Shown: positions 1 through 5,600 of the stretch, piece by piece | Numbering within the stretch: the first letter of the stretch is position 1 | Layout: each line of letters begins with the position of its first letter | Source: a candidate division WOR-3 bacterium | GTDB lineage: Bacteria > Hydrothermota > Tepidihabitantia > SM23-42 > CAYGYG01 | Direction of reading: 5' to 3' | Length of the DNA: 20,550 bases | Assembly (NCBI GenBank): GCA_965648915.1 | Contig: CBFGIV010000040.1 | Location: forward strand, 1 to 20,550 | Position numbers and translations under genes: made by a program | The notes under the pieces: model-generated | The model's input: the letters and a program-made list of their open reading frames with translations, nothing else | Told to the model about the DNA's origin: nothing | Database searches by the model: none

Positions 1-193
1 CGAAAAGTCCGTAAGTCCTGTTATCTCGCAAGATATAAAATTTGAGACAATTTGTAATTTTCCGTCCGTATGAATTCGGACGCTACATTTTCTTTTGCTC
101 TGAAAGGAGTGTCTCAATCGTGCCTGGACTCCTGTCAGAGCATTTAAGCCCGCGATAGTTTCACCGCTTAAATTTAAAAATATTAAAGAAGAT

Positions 194-275
194 GAGATTG
201 CTTCGCATTCGCTCGCAATGGCCAGGGAAGAGAATGGGATTGCCACGCCCTTGATAAACTCGGGATCGCAATGAC
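194..275. repeat. Two REP-like palindromic units (G(A/G)GATTGC...TCGCAATG)
   Basis: gagattgcttcgcattcgctcgcaatgg (194-221) and gggattgccacgcccttgataaactcgggatcgcaatgac (236-275) share the ends GATTGC...TCGCAATG, which can pair as ATTGC/GCAAT. They resemble dispersed intergenic REP-like repeats (from recall). Confidence 0.55.
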
Positions 276-403
276 GGGGGGGGTAAAATTTTAAGTAGAG
301 GTAAAAATTAGAAAATAATATACCGACACCAAAATGAGAGTAGGTTTCCCTCAGAAAAGTTTTGAAGCTACACCCTCGAACCAATCCACACCTCGCAATT
401 TAA

Positions 404-432
404 ATTTTATATAATTTCTTAAAAAAGTCAAC
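404..432 (-). promoter_or_regulatory. Sigma70-type promoter firing leftward into the non-coding region
   Basis: Minus strand TTGACT (432-427), 17 bp, TAAAAT (409-404). Confidence 0.5.
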
Positions 433-502
433 TATTTTTTCTGAGATTGACTATGCATACTCACCAGAAAAAGAGTCCTGTATTAAATTTGCTGCTCAGT
501 GT

Positions 503-751
503 TTAATATGAAGAATGGGGAGTAAAAGGGTTTCTTGCTCCGGGGATATCCCTTGTGCAGAATTTACAGAGAACACCTTTTTTTTCACATTCATAGCGAT
601 TTAAGCAGATGTCGTTTACCCATTCGAACTGGGTACTCTCACAACTCTGGGTGTCGAATATTTCACAATATCTCTGGATCATACCAATCTCTTTATTAAC
701 TAAAGGACAGTGGAGATTTATTTTGCGTGTATCGCCCGGGTTGTGCTTCAT
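503..751 (-). CDS. Small Cys-rich hypothetical protein (82 aa, 7 Cys, C-terminal CxxC)
   Basis: ATG-started ORF with a perfect-consensus promoter directly upstream. No family recognised. Confidence 0.6.
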   Translation of the reverse strand: MKHNPGDTRKINLHCPLVNKEIGMIQRYCEIFDTQSCESTQFEWVNDICLNRYECEKKGVLCKFCTRDIPGARNPFTPHSSY

Positions 752-767
752 AGACTTTCCCGAAGAG

Positions 768-795
768 ATTATATATTAAAAACTTAATGTGTCAA
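768..795 (-). promoter_or_regulatory. Sigma70 promoter for ORF 503-751
   Basis: Minus strand TTGACA (795-790), 16 bp, TATAAT (773-768). Confidence 0.7.
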
Positions 796-861
796 TCAAT
801 TCGTAGTGGAAAGTCTCTGATTTCAGTAAAACCCGCAAGACAGGCTGGCTACAAAATTTTC

Positions 862-889
862 TTGACTTGCTTCCTTTTTTACATATAAT
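862..889 (+). promoter_or_regulatory. Sigma70 promoter of the tRNA-Gly/tRNA-Cys unit
   Basis: TTGACT (862-867), 16 bp, TATAAT (884-889), ending 15 nt before the tRNA 5' end. Confidence 0.75.
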
Positions 890-904
890 CAGATTTCTTT
901 CGTC

Positions 905-976
905 GCGGGAGTAGCTCAGCGGTAGAGCGTCACCTTGCCAAGGTGAGGGTCACGGGTTCAAATCCCGCCTCCCGCT
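905..976 (+). tRNA. tRNA-Gly(GCC)
   Basis: Cloverleaf: acceptor GCGGGAG/CTCCCGC, D-arm GCTC/GAGC, anticodon stem TCACC/GGTGA with loop TTGCCAA, T-loop TTCAAAT. One A-C mismatch in the T-stem. CCA not encoded. Confidence 0.96.
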
Positions 977-1157
977 TGCACCGGTCGTGGGCAAATTGCC
1001 CAGTGCACTTTTGCCTTTGACTGTTCAGCAATGGGGCATTGCGGAATTTGTTCAATGCCGTTTTCTGAGATTTTTAGCAGCGGAGCGGCACAGTGCAAAT
1101 CCCGCCTCCCGCTTGCACCGGTCGCAGGCAAATTGCCCAGTGCACTTTTGCCTTTGA
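959..1157 (+). repeat. 62-bp direct repeat (959-1020 and 1096-1157; 60/62 identical) covering the tRNA-Gly 3' end and a downstream hairpin
   Basis: caaatcccgcctcccgcttgcaccggtcg(tg/ca)ggcaaattgcccagtgcacttttgcctttga occurs twice, separated by a 75-bp spacer. Confidence 0.95.
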
Positions 1158-1179
1158 TCTCAATATTAAAAAAATTAAA

Positions 1180-1251
1180 GGCGGCATAGCCAAGGAGCAA
1201 GGCGGCGGTCTGCAAAACCGCTATTCGCCGGTGCAAATCCGGCTGCCGCCT
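1180..1251 (+). tRNA. tRNA-Cys(GCA)
   Basis: Acceptor GGCGGCA/TGCCGCC, D-stem GCC/GGC, anticodon stem GCGGT/ACCGC with loop CTGCAAA, T-stem GCCGG/CCGGC, U73 discriminator. The T-loop is TGCAAAT (atypical). Gly-Cys order matches the common glyW-cysT arrangement. Confidence 0.92.
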
Positions 1252-2270
1252 TTTTTAATTTTTATTCGCTTCAATTCTCTCTTTATCGCTTCTGCCATTT
1301 TACAGAAAATCCCGGCTTTTTTTAGATAGTTCCTCTTTTCAAGGTAGGCCGATCCCATACAACGAAAACAGAATTGTTTTAAATTGCAGATAGAGCAATC
1401 TCTCAGGTCTTCTTCCTTGAGTTTTCTGATCTTCTTTAAAACGGTTGATTTATACCATATTTCTTTAAGCGGTTTTTCCCTTATATTCCCGGCTGGAATC
1501 TGTAGACCTTCACAGGGATAGATAACGCCGGCGGGCGAAATCGCCAGAACACTTCTACCGGCATTGCAGATTAATCTTGAGGATTGGTCTTCACAAAAGT
1601 ATCTCTGGTTTGCTCGCACAAAATAATGGGCAACTATATTCAGATCTTGCGGTTGAACACGAAAGTCCAACGGAGTCCGATCAAAATTATTTCTTGGTGT
1701 AATAAAGGGATCAGCCAGAAGAGTTGCCTTAAAATTTTTTGCCAGAGACTGAATCTGGTCGAACTCTTTTATGTTAAACCTGTTTATTGTCATCTTAAAC
1801 CTGATATTAATACCATTCTCTAACAGATGTTCGGTTCCTTTTAACATTTTAAGAAATGATCCATCAATACCGGTGAAGCGATCATGGGTTCTCGGAATAG
1901 CACCATAGATGCTGATATCGACACATTTGAAGTTCAATTCCTTAATTTTTTGAGCAATATTCCTATCAATCAGAGTTGCATTGGTGAGGATTTTCAGGGC
2001 GAAGTTTTTCTTTCTTGCATAACTTGCAATCTTAAAAAAATCTTCTCTGGTTAGAGGCTCACCACCGCTAAATGCAAGATAAAAACAACCCAGTTGGGCA
2101 AGTTGGTCAAGGAGGTTTCTTATCTCAGCAAATCTGAGTTCATCACCCTTTCTTCTGATCTGATAACAGTGTCGACATCTTAGATTACAACCATAAGTTA
2201 TTTCATAAACCGCGCTCAACGGGATGGATTTATCCCGACATCTGTTTATGAGTTCGGTAAATCGGTGCAT
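1221..2270 (-). CDS. Radical SAM/SPASM-domain protein (PqqE/AlbA-like, probable peptide maturase), 349 aa
   Basis: CxxxCxxC motif (CNLRCRHC), SGGEP motif, and C-terminal SPASM Cys pattern (CNAG...G.IYPC...GNI...CSICNLKQFCFRC...C). No N-terminal RRE/PqqD domain. Confidence 0.92.
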   Translation of the reverse strand: MHRFTELINRCRDKSIPLSAVYEITYGCNLRCRHCYQIRRKGDELRFAEIRNLLDQLAQLGCFYLAFSGGEPLTREDFFKIASYARKKNFALKILTNATLIDRNIAQKIKELNFKCVDISIYGAIPRTHDRFTGIDGSFLKMLKGTEHLLENGINIRFKMTINRFNIKEFDQIQSLAKNFKATLLADPFITPRNNFDRTPLDFRVQPQDLNIVAHYFVRANQRYFCEDQSSRLICNAGRSVLAISPAGVIYPCEGLQIPAGNIREKPLKEIWYKSTVLKKIRKLKEEDLRDCSICNLKQFCFRCMGSAYLEKRNYLKKAGIFCKMAEAIKRELKRIKIKKGGSRICTGE

Positions 2271-2275
2271 AAGAG

Positions 2276-2303
2276 ATTTTAATCAGTTGTGGAGTTTTGT
2301 AAA
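2276..2303 (-). promoter_or_regulatory. Promoter for the rSAM gene (leaderless geometry)
   Basis: Minus strand TTTACA (2303-2298), 16 bp, TAAAAT (2281-2276), then 5 nt to the ATG at 2270. No Shine-Dalgarno (SD) sequence. Confidence 0.55.
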
Positions 2304-2310
2304 TAAAATC

Positions 2311-2338
2311 TTGACTTTAATAAAAAAGTCAATAAAAT
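2311..2338 (+). promoter_or_regulatory. Promoter for the precursor/S8 operon, overlapped by palindrome TTGACTTT-N6-AAAGTCAA
   Basis: TTGACT (2311-2316), 16 bp, TAAAAT (2333-2338). Perfect 8-bp inverted repeat at 2311-2318/2325-2332. Confidence 0.6.
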
Positions 2339-2423
2339 ATAGTAGTTAATTAACATTTAATTAATTCAGGTTACTTTGGTGATTTGTCGCCTATCTTAAA
2401 AACATCAACAAGGAGATGTAAAA

Positions 2424-2570
2424 GTGAAGAAGACTAAAGAAAGTAAAAGTAAGATAAAGAAAAAGAAGTATCAAAAACCACAGATCAAAACCGAAAAGAT
2501 AAAGTTTCAGGACTCCATTCAATGTAACAAGGCTGCCTTTACACCGGGTTGTTCCTTGCTGGCTTCTTAA
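2424..2570 (+). CDS. Putative RiPP precursor peptide, 48 aa (MKKTKESKSKIKKKKYQKPQIKTEKIKFQDSIQCNKAAFTPGCSLLAS); not in the ORF track
   Basis: SD AAGGAG at 2410-2415, GTG start 8 nt later, TAA at 2568-2570. YxxPxI leader motif and two-Cys C-terminal core. Divergent from the rSAM/SPASM gene. Confidence 0.8.
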   Translation: MKKTKESKSKIKKKKYQKPQIKTEKIKFQDSIQCNKAAFTPGCSLLAS

Positions 2571-2621
2571 TTTTTCAGTGTAATTTGAGTAAAATTGTGG
2601 AAGCAATTTGAGGAGGCTAAG

Positions 2622-5600
2622 ATGTTTTTGAAATGTTTTTGGTCGCTACTTATCTTGAGCCTTTTAGTATCCGGACAGAATATCACAGATAATACCAATC
2701 AGGCTTCCAAACCCAAAATCTGGGCAACGGATGATGTCAATAGTCTGCCCGAGTATCGAAAGATCACATCACCGATCCATCCTTATATTAAGGAAAGAGA
2801 GGGCGGTAATCAACAGATTTTAACACCGATTCCTTTGCCAGAGGCAAGACCAAACTTTTTCCGGCCTAAATCTAAGATTGAAAGATGGCAGATTGAAGGA
2901 GGACAGACCTTCCGGGCACCGAAAGAAAATTTATATGTAAAAGGCGAACTGGTTATTCAATTTAACGAGGAAGGGAGGGCAAAACTTAAGATTGGGAAAT
3001 CGACTACCGGGGTGGTTATAACCGGTATTTCTGCGGTTGACCAGTTGAATATCAAATATAATGCTTATGAAATGATGAGGGTGATTAAAGATGAAGATCT
3101 ACCACCCAAAGCAAAAGAGTATCGACTGGACTTAATCTATCTTTTGAAGGTGGATGAGTCACTTGATCTTGAAAGAGTTGCAAAAGATTATCGGGCAATC
3201 CCTGAGGTCAAAGGCTGTTCACCAAACTATTATGGTTATAAGTGCAATATCCCTAAGACCTATCCCGATGACCCATATTTTGACTGGGCACCCAATATCA
3301 CACAGGGGCCAGAGGTCTGGACTCTCACACAGGGAAATTCTACTGATACCATAGCGATTCTTGATATCGAACAGTTTAATACCGCGCATCCGGATCTTAA
3401 CAATAACTGGGCGGGCACCGGCAGTAATGAAGCCGGTTATCCTTATAACGGGACATCATCCTGGCATGGAACCGGTTGTGCCGGCCATGCATGTGCAGAG
3501 TTAAATAACAGTGCCGGCATTTCAGGTTCAGCCGGGGGCTGGGCATCAGTCAAGGGTATTCTCTGGCTTCCTTATCGATTTGTAACTCTCGCCGGAAATA
3601 TCAACGGCATAACCTATGCAGTTAATAATGGAGCCTGTGTGATTTCTCAATCAATTGCTTTCAGCGGCAATGTTGCTGCACTCGAAGACGCCTTTGCTAA
3701 TGCCCTGGCAAATGATGTTCTATCCTTTGCCGCTGCGGGTAATGAAAATAACTCTTCGTTAGGCTATCCGGCGCCCGCGATGTTCTCCTGTGTTGTTGCA
3801 GTTGGTGGTATTAATAATCTTGATCGCCACTGGGCATGGAGTGCGGATGCGGGTTCGAACTATGGCTCGCATATTGATGTGGTAGCACCAGGTGATTTGC
3901 ACTGGTCCTGCACGGCTACCGGCTACACCGACCAGTATGGTGGGACATCCTGGGCAACACCGCGTGCCGCTGCCATTGCTGCACTGGTAGCAAATTATCG
4001 CAATATCCGTGGACAAGCCTTGAAAGAAGTCATTGAAAGGACCGCAGATGAAATAGAATATCTGACCGATAATAGTTTTCCCTGGCATCCACCTTCACAG
4101 GGGTTGATGGGTTCGGGTCGGGTTAATGCCTATGAGGCGGTGATGTCTTATAACCGCAATATCTCCACCAACTGGATTGCGGCGTCATCGAATAATGTGC
4201 CCTATATTAATTGTAAGAATATGTATCTCGATTTTGATGCCCGGGATTCACTCCACGGCAAGCATTCACACTCGCTTGTTCCTTTTGTCCCAACAAGAGT
4301 TCGAGCAATGGTTCAAAACCGGGGCAAGCAGACCGAATCTTTTTATGTAACCTGTGTTGTGGAGTCTTCCGGGGTTCGGATATTCCAGAACCGCAAGTTG
4401 GTGACCGGACTTGCATCATCAAAGGCACAGATAGTTGAATTCGAACCTTTCAGGGTCGGCCGGGAGAATTTTGACTATCGAATAAATGTCTTTACTGAAC
4501 TGGATGAAGACTACAATCCGAGAAATGATACTTTCGGGATTACGGTCCGTTCAACCCGGAGTGATACTGTCCAGTATGATGTTGGAGATTGGGATATTGC
4601 CTACTCCGATCCCTGGGCAGCCTGGGCAGTAAAATTCAATCCAGAAAGGACCTGCACCTTAAAGGCGGTTCAGTTTATGATTTATGCTGGTGGAACGGCC
4701 TGTTCTTTGATCGTCTGGGAAGATAAAGGGGGTAGACCCGGAGCAAGGATAATGACCCCCCAGGCCTATACCCCTCCAGGTGGCCCATCCTGGAATACAG
4801 TCGCATTGACTTCACCGGTATTGATTAATCGAACAGTCTGGGTTGGATTCAAGACCCCGGGGAGTGGAGGTGGTAATGTTGCGCCCTGTGTCGATCGGAG
4901 ATCAAATGCGGGGATGAGTTATTATTCGGCCTCGGGAGGGAGTTCTTCGGCAACTGACTGGACTTCGCTTGGTGAAGATTTACTCTTCAGACCTATTGTC
5001 TCTTACCAATCAGTCTATACAAATGATGTGGCGATGAAATCGATAAATTCACCACCGGCTTCTGTTGTAAAAGGTGTAACACAATTGCCCCAGGCCACGG
5101 TGACCAATGTGGGGTCAGCCGCCAATTCGTTTAATGCTACTTGTCGGATAGATTCATCCGGGGTAAATCGTTATTCATCGACTAAGAGCGTAAGTAGCCT
5201 CAATCCTGGAGATACCGCCCGAGTTATCTTCGACCCCTGGACCCCGAACTGGGAAGGCGGGACATATAATATGAAGATTTATACTGAACTGGGAAACGAC
5301 CTGAATCGGCGTAATGATTCACTTTATCTGAATATCTCTTCTTCCTCAATCGGTGAAATTACCAATCAGGAGAGCACGGCAAAATACTACTGGGGACGCT
5401 ATTACTTTGCCTCAAAATTTACCCCTGCTGGACCATGTTCTCTTTTGGCTGGTAAATTCCTTGTCTTCCGAACCGGGACACCTCTACCAACTGATCCATG
5501 CAGTCTCTTTGTCTGGAGTGACAATAACAATAATCCCGGAGCAATCCTGGCCGGACCGATTCCTTTTAGTGGGGTATATTATCCAACCTGGGATACGGTA

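Noticed and set aside
60..170. Known riboswitch (c-di-GMP, fluoride, cobalamin, c-di-AMP)
   Set aside because: Hairpins are present, but I could not find the conserved core motifs on either strand. Kept only as a generic structured-RNA candidate.
335..345. TGAGAGTAGG resembles the 3' part of 5S rRNA
   Set aside because: The match is only ~10 nt and no other 5S helices or motifs flank it.
351..389. Minus-strand 12-codon ORF ending in TGA (leader peptide or selenocysteine read-through)
   Set aside because: The SD-like GAGGT abuts the GTG with no spacing, read-through stops after ~20 more codons, and no Sec machinery is evident.
959..1157. Possible mini CRISPR array
   Set aside because: Only two copies, 62 bp long and derived from a tRNA 3' end; no cas genes.
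958..1329. ORFs 958-1236 (-) and 1093-1329 (+)
   Set aside because: They overlap the tRNAs and the duplicated tRNA tail and have no protein-like features.
2424..2570. Lasso peptide precursor
   Set aside because: The YxxP motif is shared, but there is no lasso cyclase or B2 protease nearby and no suitably placed Asp/Glu acceptor after a Thr(-2) cleavage site.
2391..2606. 71-aa minus-strand ORF with a hydrophobic Phe/Leu tail
   Set aside because: It is the antisense shadow of the Lys-rich precursor ORF (AAA/AAG read as TTT/CTT) and has no SD. The + strand ORF has an SD, a promoter and a meaningful motif.
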